This document shows, piece after piece, positions 41,669 to 50,587 of a stretch of DNA of 64,000 bases. The notes under the pieces were generated by a model. It was not told where the DNA came from. It worked only from the letters and a program-made list of their open reading frames with translations, and ran no database searches. A program made the translations under genes and the position numbers. The stretch is from Bacilli bacterium (lineage in GTDB: Bacteria > Bacillota_I > Bacilli_A > RFN20 > CAG-826). The number at the start of each line of letters is the position of its first letter. Positions within the stretch are counted from its first letter, which is position 1. The stretch is taken from the NCBI GenBank assembly GCA_024408085.1, contig JAKSVH010000002.1:43613-107612 (forward strand), in the 5' to 3' direction.

Positions 41669-43672
41669 TTAAATTCGAGCATCATTGAGGTAGTCATTCA
41701 AGACAGAAAGTAGTCTAGATTCGACTTGGACAAGTGGTGCTTTCTTAAATGTACATGCAGCTTGTGTGAAGTGACCGCCACCATTGAGTTTTTCAGCTAA
41801 AAGTTGAACGTTAATTGTGCCATCACTACGACAAGAAATTCTTGTTTCATCGACTGCAGTTCTACCAATGACAAAGCAGGCATTAACACCTTTCATTTGC
41901 ATACATTGGTTAGCAACCTTTGCAAGCGTTGCTTGTTCGATAATATCATCTTCTTCAGCCATACAATAGACGACACCATAATATGGTGTTTGTGTGGTTG
42001 AAATAATTCTTGTAATTAATGCGAATTCTTCGAATTCATCCTTTAAGAAGTCATCAGCTTTAGCGTTATCTGCGCCATATTCTTTAAGAGCCATTGATGC
42101 TTCAAATGTACGAGTACCAACAGTTGTTGCCTTATAGAAGTTGGAGTCCATAAAGATACCTGAAAGCATAATTGTTGCATATGTAGCAGGAATCATAATT
42201 CTTGGGTTTGCAGAGCAATAGCTAACAAGTTCAGCGACCATTTCAGATGCTGAAGAAGCAGATGAATCAATATGAGAGAAGACTGGGCTTTCAATAAAGT
42301 CTTCACCACGTCTATGGTGGTCAATAATCATAATCTTGTTGGCTTTCTCAATCACCTTTGGTGCGACTGTCATATTTGCTTTATGAACGTCACAAACAAC
42401 GACCAATGTATCAATCTTAAGATTGCCAAGTGCTTGAGCTTGGTTAACAAAGATTTTTTCAACTTCCTCTTTAGAGAAGGATGCTAAAATTGCACCTTTT
42501 GTCTTTCTTTCTGTGCTCTTTGGTTCATAAATAATTTGGGCTGGTTTACGGCAATAATCGCACATTGCTTTAACGCCTAAACATGCACCTAAAGAGTCCA
42601 TATCGGTCATGGCGTGACCCATAATGATAATATTTGAAGAGTTACGAATAAGTGATAAAACTGAGTCAGCCATAACACGAACTTTAACCTTGTTACGGTT
42701 TTCTTGAGCTTCGGTTTTACCACCAAAGAAGACTAAGTCTTGTCCATATTGAGAGACAACAACTTGGTCACCACCACGAGACATAGCAATTTCAATAGCA
42801 GAGCTTGCCATATCGTTAAGTTTGACTACGTCAGGGAAGTCATAAGCGATACCAATAGAAAGTGTTGGTGGTGTTTCTTCCTTGTCTGAAATAGCGTGGA
42901 TTTTATCAAGCAATGAGAATTTATCTGCAATCATCTTTTCAAGAGATTCGTGGTTACAAAGTAAGAAGTAAGCATCGGATCTAACTCTTCTGAGAAGAAC
43001 TTGGTAATCTCTACCATAATCCAAGATGAGGTTTCTTACTTTTGAAACGATATCTGAGTTTTCATCAGCAGAACCTGAAATATCTGCGTAGTTATCAATA
43101 ACTATTTGACCACAGACTGTTGCTTGACGTTTAGAGAATGCTGAAACTGTTTCGTAGTCAGTTACATCTCTAAAGATGTATAAGCCAGCATCTTTAAGCA
43201 ATTTAACTTCATAGTTACGGGAGTTAATACTTAATTTAACTAATGAGTTAATACCGCCATCAATGAGTTCTTGAAGGGCTGGTTGCCACTCTAAAATGTT
43301 TTCATCAAGAATTTCAATTTTTCTTTCAGTGAATAAATCATTGATCCAAATAACAGTGTTGTTTTCGTTAACAACTGCAAGACCAATCATACCAAAGTTA
43401 TAAGCTTCTTGAATGTCACTACCAATTAAGTCAGCAGCTCTTAAGTCACTTTGTTGTCTAATCTTGGAGAATCTAAAGATTAATGCCCAACAGAAAGCAA
43501 TATCAAAGATAACAACTGCACCTAAAATGATAAATAATAATTCAGTAGAAAAGATGTTTCTGAAATTCAAGAAATCAAGGCCATAGCAAATGCCAAAAAA
43601 GACTAATGCGGCCATCTCTATAAAGACAACGATAAATGCGAAGATTTTTGTTTTAAATAACTTAGTTTTCAT
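41669..43672 (-). CDS. gdpP: c-di-AMP phosphodiesterase GdpP (two TM helices, PAS-like, degenerate GGDEF, DHH/DHHA1)
   Basis: 667 aa. N-terminal TM helices. DHH ([15 protein letters not shown]) and DHHA1 GGGH ([10 protein letters not shown]) motifs. Position upstream of rplI. Confidence 0.85.
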   Translation of the reverse strand: MKTKLFKTKIFAFIVVFIEMAALVFFGICYGLDFLNFRNIFSTELLFIILGAVVIFDIAFCWALIFRFSKIRQQSDLRAADLIGSDIQEAYNFGMIGLAVVNENNTVIWINDLFTERKIEILDENILEWQPALQELIDGGINSLVKLSINSRNYEVKLLKDAGLYIFRDVTDYETVSAFSKRQATVCGQIVIDNYADISGSADENSDIVSKVRNLILDYGRDYQVLLRRVRSDAYFLLCNHESLEKMIADKFSLLDKIHAISDKEETPPTLSIGIAYDFPDVVKLNDMASSAIEIAMSRGGDQVVVSQYGQDLVFFGGKTEAQENRNKVKVRVMADSVLSLIRNSSNIIIMGHAMTDMDSLGACLGVKAMCDYCRKPAQIIYEPKSTERKTKGAILASFSKEEVEKIFVNQAQALGNLKIDTLVVVCDVHKANMTVAPKVIEKANKIMIIDHHRRGEDFIESPVFSHIDSSASSASEMVAELVSYCSANPRIMIPATYATIMLSGIFMDSNFYKATTVGTRTFEASMALKEYGADNAKADDFLKDEFEEFALITRIISTTQTPYYGVVYCMAEEDDIIEQATLAKVANQCMQMKGVNACFVIGRTAVDETRISCRSDGTINVQLLAEKLNGGGHFTQAACTFKKAPLVQVESRLLSVLNDYLNDARI

Positions 43673-43820
43673 AATGTGTTTTATATTATATCAAACTTAG
43701 CACTCAAAAAGTTATAAAAAATAAACTTTTTAATTAATAAGTGTTGGTCTATATGTATTTTTAACTTTATTCTTTACGATTTTAAATATAAAATGTAAAC
43801 ACCTTGAAAGGAAAATTAAT

Positions 43821-44693
43821 ATGAAAATTAAAAGCGTATTATTAGTCGGTATTGCAGGATTTGCTTTAGCAAGCTGTGGTGGTGTTAAAGGTTACAAGAC
43901 AGAAGTTAAACACAAAGTATTTACAGACAATATTGAAAAATTTGTCGAAGAATCAACTCTTCTTTCTGCGGATGATCCATTTTCATTCACAATTAATGCA
44001 AATTCAAAATCAAACACAAAAACAACATATTTCAAAAATGGTAAATCCATTTCTGAAGAAAAAATGGAAATTAAGAGTGAAACTTCTTGTGAGTTTGACT
44101 CAGCAAATTCAGTTCTTCGTTCTAAAGGCGTCTATGAAACTCGCGAAGAAGATGCTTCTGATGTAAAAACTGAAAAATATGATGGTGATATCGTAAATCA
44201 ATGTGATAACAAAAACTTCTATGAAGTTGATATGAAGTCCAAAATCTATAAGAAATCAGCTTCTTCAAAACCAGCAGATGCTGTTGCAGCAGAAGCTTCA
44301 AAAGCTATCAAAGCACTCGGAGCTTTCATCGCACAAATGTCAATTTTTGATGATGCAAAATATTACATTGATGGAAACGTCTACACATGTGAGCTTAATG
44401 AAAATGAGGAAGATGAAGAATCAACAAGAACTGGTAAAACTGTTTATCAATTAGTGGCTGGTTCCGACAAAATTGAATTATATTCAGAATCAAAAGTTAC
44501 ACTCAAAAAACTTAATTTCACTGAAGTTATTACAGACAATTCTTCATATGTTTTAAAGAAGAAAAATGTCAAATTAAATAATGTCAATCTTGATAATTAT
44601 TTAGATGGTTCAAAAGGATTTGATGATTCCGAACTCGAAAACGTTGTCTTTGGTTCATCATTCCTCTACGGATTCTTATTTAATAACAAATAA
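43821..44693 (+). CDS. lipoprotein, unknown function
   Basis: LVGIAGFALASCGG lipobox. 290 aa. Confidence 0.5.
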   Translation: MKIKSVLLVGIAGFALASCGGVKGYKTEVKHKVFTDNIEKFVEESTLLSADDPFSFTINANSKSNTKTTYFKNGKSISEEKMEIKSETSCEFDSANSVLRSKGVYETREEDASDVKTEKYDGDIVNQCDNKNFYEVDMKSKIYKKSASSKPADAVAAEASKAIKALGAFIAQMSIFDDAKYYIDGNVYTCELNENEEDEESTRTGKTVYQLVAGSDKIELYSESKVTLKKLNFTEVITDNSSYVLKKKNVKLNNVNLDNYLDGSKGFDDSELENVVFGSSFLYGFLFNNK

Positions 44694-44696
44694 CTT

Positions 44697-44730
44697 AAAA
44701 GCCTCTCGAAAACGAGAGGTTTTTATTTTA
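44697..44730 (+). terminator. rho-independent terminator (CCTCTCG-AAAA-CGAGAGG plus T-run)
   Basis: Perfect 7-bp GC-containing stem followed by TTTTTATTTT. Confidence 0.6.
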
Positions 44731-44765
44731 TAAAAAAAGCACTCGTGATGAGTGCTTTTAGTTTT
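44731..44765. terminator. bidirectional terminator (GCACTC-GTGAT-GAGTGC) 3' of rpsR
   Basis: A-run 5' and T-run 3'. Serves the minus-strand rpsF-ssb-rpsR operon. Confidence 0.55.
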
Positions 44766-44773
44766 GATTTTAA

Positions 44774-45001
44774 TTAGTCTTGAACGTATGGTAATAAAGC
44801 CATGAAACGTGCATTCTTAATTGCTTTTGCAACTTCTCTTTGGTGCTTTGCACAAGTACCTGTGGAATGACGTGATGCGATTTTACCATTTGGAGTAATG
44901 TACTTACTTAATGTTTCGACGTCTTTATAATCAATGTATGCAACTTTGTTTTTGCAGAAGTTGCAGACCTTCTTGTGTGGTCTAACTTTTTTGAATCCCA
45001 T
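44774..45001 (-). CDS. rpsR: 30S ribosomal protein S18
   Basis: 75 aa. [29 protein letters not shown] is the canonical S18 sequence. Confidence 0.9.
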   Translation of the reverse strand: MGFKKVRPHKKVCNFCKNKVAYIDYKDVETLSKYITPNGKIASRHSTGTCAKHQREVAKAIKNARFMALLPYVQD

Positions 45002-45020
45002 TTTGAATTTTCCTTTCTAA

Positions 45021-45458
45021 TTAGAACGGAAGATCGTCATCGGCGACATCGATAGCATCTAAATTCTTAGATTCTTCGACTGGCTCTGAAGGTTGTTCAT
45101 CATCAAAGATGATTTCTTCATTTGGAATTTCTCTTGAACCTTTTGGTTCGAGGAACTCAACGTGATTGGCGATTACTTCAATGACTGAAGCTTTTGTTCC
45201 GTCTCTTTTTTCGAAGGTGCGTTGACGAATACGTCCATCAACACCAACGAGCGATCCTTTTCTTAAGAATTTTGCAACATTGTCAGCTTGATTGTCCCAA
45301 ACAGTAACACCAATAAAGGTTGTTGTTTTTTCTCCGTTTGGACCCTTCATATTGTCATCTACTGCGAGAGTAAATGATGCAACTGGCTTATCAGAAGTTG
45401 TTCTCTTGAGTTCTGGATCTCTGGTAAGTCTACCAGTTAAAACGATACGATTTAACAT
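45021..45458 (-). CDS. ssb: single-stranded DNA-binding protein
   Basis: OB fold. Acidic C-terminal tail DDDLPF. Confidence 0.9.
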   Translation of the reverse strand: MLNRIVLTGRLTRDPELKRTTSDKPVASFTLAVDDNMKGPNGEKTTTFIGVTVWDNQADNVAKFLRKGSLVGVDGRIRQRTFEKRDGTKASVIEVIANHVEFLEPKGSREIPNEEIIFDDEQPSEPVEESKNLDAIDVADDDLPF

Positions 45459-45477
45459 AAATGTTAATCCTCCTTAA

Positions 45478-45765
45478 TTAGTCTTGATCGACAGTAAATA
45501 AGTGACGTACAACATTTTGATCGATCTTTGCTAAACGAGAGAATTCGTTTAATGCAGCTTCGTCAGCAGTGAGCTTAACGACTACATAGTAGCCTTTTGT
45601 AAGCTTATTGATTGGATAAGCAAAGTCTCTTAAGCCCCATTCCTTAACATCACCGAGCTTTGCTCCGTTTGATGTGAGGATTCCGTGAAGTTTGTCGATT
45701 TCAGCTTTCCTTGCAGCTTCATCAAGTCCGTCTTTCACGATGTACATGAGTTCGTACTTTTTCAT
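45478..45765 (-). CDS. rpsF: 30S ribosomal protein S6
   Basis: Start set at MKKYELMYIV, preceded by the SD AGGGAGG. The ORF-track start at 45798 is an over-extension. Canonical S6 sequence. Confidence 0.9.
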   Translation of the reverse strand: MKKYELMYIVKDGLDEAARKAEIDKLHGILTSNGAKLGDVKEWGLRDFAYPINKLTKGYYVVVKLTADEAALNEFSRLAKIDQNVVRHLFTVDQD

Positions 45766-45900
45766 ATTTTTACCTCCCTTTGGTCTTCTGGCTGACATCT
45801 TCTGTCAGCAGAGAGAAACGCTTTCGCGTAGGTATATTATACACAAGACGTTTGCGTGTGTATACAAAAATATATTGGTTGGTAAATTATTAAAATTTTT

Positions 45901-45967
45901 TTACATATATTAAAAATACCTGGGTAATACGTTAAATATGTAGTTTATATATTTTTAATATATGTAA
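45901..45967. repeat. perfect 18-bp inverted repeat TTACATATATTAAAAATA / TATTTTTAATATATGTAA with a 31-bp spacer
   Basis: Read directly from the sequence (45901-45918 and 45950-45967). A C6 homopolymer (45975-45980) lies just downstream. Confidence 0.7.
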
Positions 45968-46055
45968 GCTATATCCCCCCTATTGTAAGCTATTAAACAG
46001 TATGATAAATTATGCTCGCTAATTGAAAAATTGGCTAGTTTAGAAGGAGGCAGGT

Positions 46056-46133
46056 ATGGCTAAGATCCAAAGAGCTCTAAGGGTGCTTAGTCAGAAGGGA
46101 GGCTTCATGCTATTCCTTACCTGGTACTGCTAG
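46056..46133 (+). CDS. candidate small protein gene (25 aa: MAKIQRALRVLSQKGGFMLFLTWYC), not in the ORF track
   Basis: Upstream -35 TTGTAA (45984-89). Extended -10 TGaTAAATT (46003-11). Strong SD GAAGGAGG (46044-51) 5 nt before the ATG. Downstream terminator at 46211-46240. Confidence 0.3.
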   Translation: MAKIQRALRVLSQKGGFMLFLTWYC

Positions 46134-46210
46134 TTGTTATACTGGTATTGGTAGCAATGTTGGTTAACAACTAGCAAACTAAGTACCTACTGAGCTCTAA
46201 ATGAAGAAAA

Positions 46211-46240
46211 GAAGTCAGGGTGCCACCTGACTTCTTTTTA
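46211..46240. terminator. bidirectional rho-independent terminator GAAGTCAGG-GTGCC-ACCTGACTTC
   Basis: 9-bp stem. TTTTT on the plus strand and UUUUCUUCAUUU on the minus strand. Flanked by 30-nt imperfect direct repeats at 46164-46193 and 46238-46267. Confidence 0.6.
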
Positions 46241-46310
46241 ACAACTAGCAGCTAAGTACCTGCTACAAATAATATACCACATTGTTTTGTTAATACAAAG
46301 TTTTTGTTTA

Positions 46311-48044
46311 TTAGATGTTTCTAATTGTATTTATTAGTGTGAATGAATCATCTGAGAAGACATCAAATAGTCCAGCATTTTCGAGGGATTTTTTGAATTT
46401 CTCTGAGTCTCCGTCTTTTGTGTAGATTGATTTATAAGCGTTTGCTGCAACATTAAAATCTGTTAATCCTTTAGCAAATAATTGTAGTGCTGCAAGTTCT
46501 GAAACACCATAGCTTACATAGTAACCTCTGTAGTTTAGAAGAACTTGATACATATAATCAAATTTGTTTCTTGAAATTGTTGCGCCGTATTTAGTTAATA
46601 ACTCAACCCATTTGTTTTCCAAACTTGTTTGATCAAATGAATTGTTATAAGCAAAATATTCAAGTTCATTTACTGCGAAGTCTAAAAGTAATGCGTTAAT
46701 AGAATCACACAAAGTGTCGTACGTATAGCCGGCCTTAATTTCACTTGTAAATGAATTGCTATTTTTGAAGTAAGAAAGAAACAAAAGTTCGTTGCCTTTT
46801 GATTGCGTTTCAGAAAGATCTAAAACTACGCTGTCACCAAAGGTGTAATGAGCATTAAAGTGACCAAATTCATGAACCAATGATGACAAACTTTGGTAAT
46901 CTTTACTTAAGAATAAAACGTTTCCTTTGGAAACAAAGTTAGCAGTGTAAGCTGTTGTGTTTGGATTATAAACATCTGAGAAATAATAGCGCCCTTCTTC
47001 AAATAATTTTTGGAAATTTACTTTGTAATCACTGCCTAAATCTTTGGCATAATTTCTAAGTAAATCCATGTTCTTTCCAAAGAAGTTTTTGCTGAGTTTA
47101 TTATTTGATTCTTTAACAGCTGCATCTTTCTCAGAATTGCTTAGTTTTTCCTTCATGTTTGTGTACAAAGGATTGATGTTTTCAATGACTTTTTGACTCA
47201 AGTCTAAAGCATCAGAAACTTTGTATTCTCTTTGATACAAACGGTAAGCATAATCGAGGTAGTTAGCATATGATTTTTCGCTTGCTAGTTGGTTAGATAA
47301 ACTAACCAATTGCGAGTAAGCTTCAAATCTTTCAACCTTGCCAGCTTTGTATTGATCGAGCAAGTTTTGAATCTTTTTTGAAGTGCCTTGTCCGCTTGTT
47401 CCACCTCCACCTGGATCAGTGTGGTCTTTAATAAATTTTTGAATTTGTTCTTCAGTGTAACTTTTGAAGAATAAATTGTTATATGAACCTTCTTTTGCTA
47501 AAGCAACATAGACACCATAATACTGGTCTTGCATCTTGTAGTAGTCATTATAAATTTCATCTTGTTTTTGATAATCTTCAGCTTTTCCTGAAGCATCTGC
47601 AAGAAGGTTTGCAATATCAAATTGTTCCTTTAGGAAATCTAATTGTTCATTCATTTTTGTAATAACATTTTGAGCTTCGGTTGCTTTGTAATAAACACCA
47701 GAATTAATTTTTGAAATCATGGCGTTTGATTCATCTACAACGTCTTTAACTTTTTGAGCGTCATAACTAAGCTCCAATGGAGAACCAAAAAGAGAAATTG
47801 GACTTTCTCTATCTAATGTGTCAAAAAGTGGGAGTCTTGTTTTAACGGAATTTTTATCAATTTCTTTCTTGTTTTCATTGAAATACTTATCACATTTTCC
47901 ACATGTGTAGTAAGCGATATTTCCGTCCTCGTAAAACGAAGCTTCTTTAGCATTTACTAAAGTAAACTCGTGATTACAAGCACAAGAACATACTAAAAAA
48001 GCACATAAACTCAAGCCTGTTAAGATATGTGCTTTTGTTTTCAT
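46311..48044 (-). CDS. secreted or lipoprotein zinc metallopeptidase (HExxH; M3/oligoendopeptidase-F-like?) with an N-terminal Cys4 cluster
   Basis: Signal peptide. C-x-C-x-C...C-x-x-C near the N-terminus. VHEFGHFNAH is an HExxH motif. 577 aa. Confidence 0.5.
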   Translation of the reverse strand: MKTKAHILTGLSLCAFLVCSCACNHEFTLVNAKEASFYEDGNIAYYTCGKCDKYFNENKKEIDKNSVKTRLPLFDTLDRESPISLFGSPLELSYDAQKVKDVVDESNAMISKINSGVYYKATEAQNVITKMNEQLDFLKEQFDIANLLADASGKAEDYQKQDEIYNDYYKMQDQYYGVYVALAKEGSYNNLFFKSYTEEQIQKFIKDHTDPGGGGTSGQGTSKKIQNLLDQYKAGKVERFEAYSQLVSLSNQLASEKSYANYLDYAYRLYQREYKVSDALDLSQKVIENINPLYTNMKEKLSNSEKDAAVKESNNKLSKNFFGKNMDLLRNYAKDLGSDYKVNFQKLFEEGRYYFSDVYNPNTTAYTANFVSKGNVLFLSKDYQSLSSLVHEFGHFNAHYTFGDSVVLDLSETQSKGNELLFLSYFKNSNSFTSEIKAGYTYDTLCDSINALLLDFAVNELEYFAYNNSFDQTSLENKWVELLTKYGATISRNKFDYMYQVLLNYRGYYVSYGVSELAALQLFAKGLTDFNVAANAYKSIYTKDGDSEKFKKSLENAGLFDVFSDDSFTLINTIRNI

Positions 48045-48046
48045 AA

Positions 48047-49537
48047 TTATTTACCGCTATCTTTCATGCAAGGGAAGAGTAAGACTTCGCGGATTGAGGT
48101 TTGATTAGTCATTAACATGACAAATCTGTCGATACCAATACCGATACCACCAGTTGGAGGCATACCGTATTCGAGCGCTTCAAGGAAGTCTTCATCCATT
48201 TCAGATGCTTCTTCATCACCTGCAGCCTTAGCTTCAAGTTGTTTCACTAAGCGTTCTTTTTGATCGAGTGGATCATTGAGCTCGCTATAAGCGTTGCCAT
48301 ATTCCATGCCGCCAATAAAGAGTTCAAATCTATCGGTGAACATTGGATTGTCTTTACACTTTTTGGTGAGTGGTGAAACTTCGATTGGGTATTCGTGAAC
48401 GAATGTTGGAGTTTGAAGTAAGTCATCACATTTTTCTTCGAAGAATGCGTTGAGAATATAACCAACACTGTTCCAGTGTTTTTCAAGTTTGATGCCGTTA
48501 TCTTTTGCAAGTTTAACAGCTTCTTCCATTGTTGTAACTTTGTTAAAGTCAATTCCTGTAGCTTCTAAAACACATTCTTTCATTGTCTTCCAACCGAATG
48601 GTTTTCCGAGATCTAATGTGCCTTCGCCATAAGGGATTGTGGTTGTTCCATGAATTTTCATAGCGACTTCTTTGAAGAGGTTTTCTGCAAAGTGTCTCAT
48701 ATCTTGAAGATCACCATAGGCTTGGTAAAGTTCAATTGTTGTGAATTCTGGATTGTGTTTTGTGTCCATTCCTTCGTTACGGAATAAACGGCCAATTTCA
48801 TAAACTTTTTCCATACCACCAACGATACATTTCTTTAAAGAAATTTCGGTAGCAATACGAAGATAGAAATCTTTGTCTAATGTGTTGTGATGAGTAACGA
48901 ATGGTCTTGCTGCAGCACCACCAAGAATTGGTGAAAGAATACTTGTTTCAACTTCGATAAATCCGAGGCTATCACAGTAGTCTTGAATTGCACGAATAAT
49001 TTTTGGTCTTGCTAAAGCAATTTTCATTGAATCATCATTCATAATAAGGTCAACATAACGGTGACGATATCTTTCTTCAACGTCTGTTAAACCATGGAAT
49101 TTCTCAGGTAATGGACGAAGTGATTTTGTAAGGTGTGTGAATTTTGAAACTTTGATGGTCATTTCTCCTGTTTGAGAGAACATAATGTGACCTTCAACAC
49201 CACAAATATCGCCAATGTCTGAAAGTTTGAATACTGAGTAATTTTCTTCGCCTAAATAATCGATGCCTAACCAACATTGAATGTTGCCAGTAACATCTTT
49301 GATGTTCATGAAGGCTGCTTTACCCATTTTACGTAAAGCCATAATACGTCCAGCGACTTTAACTTCTACTGGATTTGCTTGTAAGTCTTCATTTGTTTTT
49401 CCAGTGCATTTTTCACGGACTTCTTTGATTGAACTTGAGCGTTCAAATTTTTGTCCGAATGGTTCAACACCGAATTCTTCATAACGTGGAAGTTTGTCTC
49501 TTCTAGCACGTTCTTGATCTGTTAATTTACGTTCCAT
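48047..49537 (-). CDS. lysS: lysyl-tRNA synthetase (class II)
   Basis: 496 aa. FRNEGMDTKHNPEFTTIELYQAY and GGIGIGIDRFVM motifs. Confidence 0.9.
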   Translation of the reverse strand: MERKLTDQERARRDKLPRYEEFGVEPFGQKFERSSSIKEVREKCTGKTNEDLQANPVEVKVAGRIMALRKMGKAAFMNIKDVTGNIQCWLGIDYLGEENYSVFKLSDIGDICGVEGHIMFSQTGEMTIKVSKFTHLTKSLRPLPEKFHGLTDVEERYRHRYVDLIMNDDSMKIALARPKIIRAIQDYCDSLGFIEVETSILSPILGGAAARPFVTHHNTLDKDFYLRIATEISLKKCIVGGMEKVYEIGRLFRNEGMDTKHNPEFTTIELYQAYGDLQDMRHFAENLFKEVAMKIHGTTTIPYGEGTLDLGKPFGWKTMKECVLEATGIDFNKVTTMEEAVKLAKDNGIKLEKHWNSVGYILNAFFEEKCDDLLQTPTFVHEYPIEVSPLTKKCKDNPMFTDRFELFIGGMEYGNAYSELNDPLDQKERLVKQLEAKAAGDEEASEMDEDFLEALEYGMPPTGGIGIGIDRFVMLMTNQTSIREVLLFPCMKDSGK

Positions 49538-49591
49538 TTTTAAAAACCTCGGTTAAGAGTATAGCAAAAACTTATATTGTTAACAATAAAG

Positions 49592-50557
49592 TTATTGGAT
49601 TTCGTTAAGAATTCGCTCAAGTGAGTCCCTTGTTGTGAGCGCACTTGCAAGTTTGTTTTTAGCCTTTTTCATGTCAGGATAACTGTTCAAAAATTTAGGT
49701 GCAATTCCACGCAAAACCATCATAGCGGTGTACTCACCTTTTTCCTCGATTAACATGTCAGCTAAATTGCGAATATATTGTATTGATTCTTCTAATGAAG
49801 AACTTTCGACTATAGAACCATCTTTAAAGTATGAATCAATCTGCTTCACTAAGATAGGGTTTCCTACCCCTCCGCGGGCCACCATAACTGCATCAGCTTT
49901 CGTGCATTCTAGGGCCTTTATTGCGTCTTTTAGAGTGTAGATATCGCCAGAGACAATTAAAGGAACTGACATTTCATTACGAAAATCCTTTAAAAGCTCC
50001 CATCTTGGTTTTCCAGCATAACCTTGTCTTGTGGTTCTAGCATGAATTCCAATTGCAGCAACACCAGCTCTTTCAAGAGCTTTTACATTTTCTCTAAAAT
50101 TGATTTCATCTTCATTCCAACCAAGTCTTATTTTTGCGGTTACTGGAAGCGGAGAATGTTTGCAAATTTCAGTAAACATTTTTTCTAATTTTTCAGGGTC
50201 TCTTAGTAGAGAAGAACCTGCTCCTGTTTTAGTAACTTTTGGAGCAGGACAACCTAAATTGATATCAAAGATATCTATGTTAGGATTGTGTTTCAGAACA
50301 ACATCCATTGCTTTGCAAATAGTTTCTGCAGATGATCCAAATAATTGGATTGCAATCGGACGTTCTTGTTCGGTTGAACGTAAGTAATCAATGGTTTTTT
50401 GGTTATCGTAGATAAGACCGCAATCAGAAACCATTTCTGTTACTGTTAAAGCAACTCCAAAAGGTTTCATAAAATTTCTGTAGCCTAAAGATGTGACTCC
50501 CGCCATAGGCGCTAGTACAACTTTTCCATTAATTTCAACGTTACCAATTTTAAACAT
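49592..50557 (-). CDS. dusB: tRNA-dihydrouridine synthase
   Basis: 321 aa TIM-barrel Dus protein (LAPMAGVT...DINLGCP). Confidence 0.85.
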   Translation of the reverse strand: MFKIGNVEINGKVVLAPMAGVTSLGYRNFMKPFGVALTVTEMVSDCGLIYDNQKTIDYLRSTEQERPIAIQLFGSSAETICKAMDVVLKHNPNIDIFDINLGCPAPKVTKTGAGSSLLRDPEKLEKMFTEICKHSPLPVTAKIRLGWNEDEINFRENVKALERAGVAAIGIHARTTRQGYAGKPRWELLKDFRNEMSVPLIVSGDIYTLKDAIKALECTKADAVMVARGGVGNPILVKQIDSYFKDGSIVESSSLEESIQYIRNLADMLIEEKGEYTAMMVLRGIAPKFLNSYPDMKKAKNKLASALTTRDSLERILNEIQ

Positions 50558-50582
50558 AAGTAAAAGGGAGGCAAGCCTCCCT
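50545..50582 (-). terminator. ftsH terminator (GGGAGG-CAAG-CCTCCC)
   Basis: GC-rich 6-bp stem followed on the minus strand by a CUUUUACUUAUGUUU tract. Confidence 0.55.
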
Positions 50583-50587
50583 GTAAA

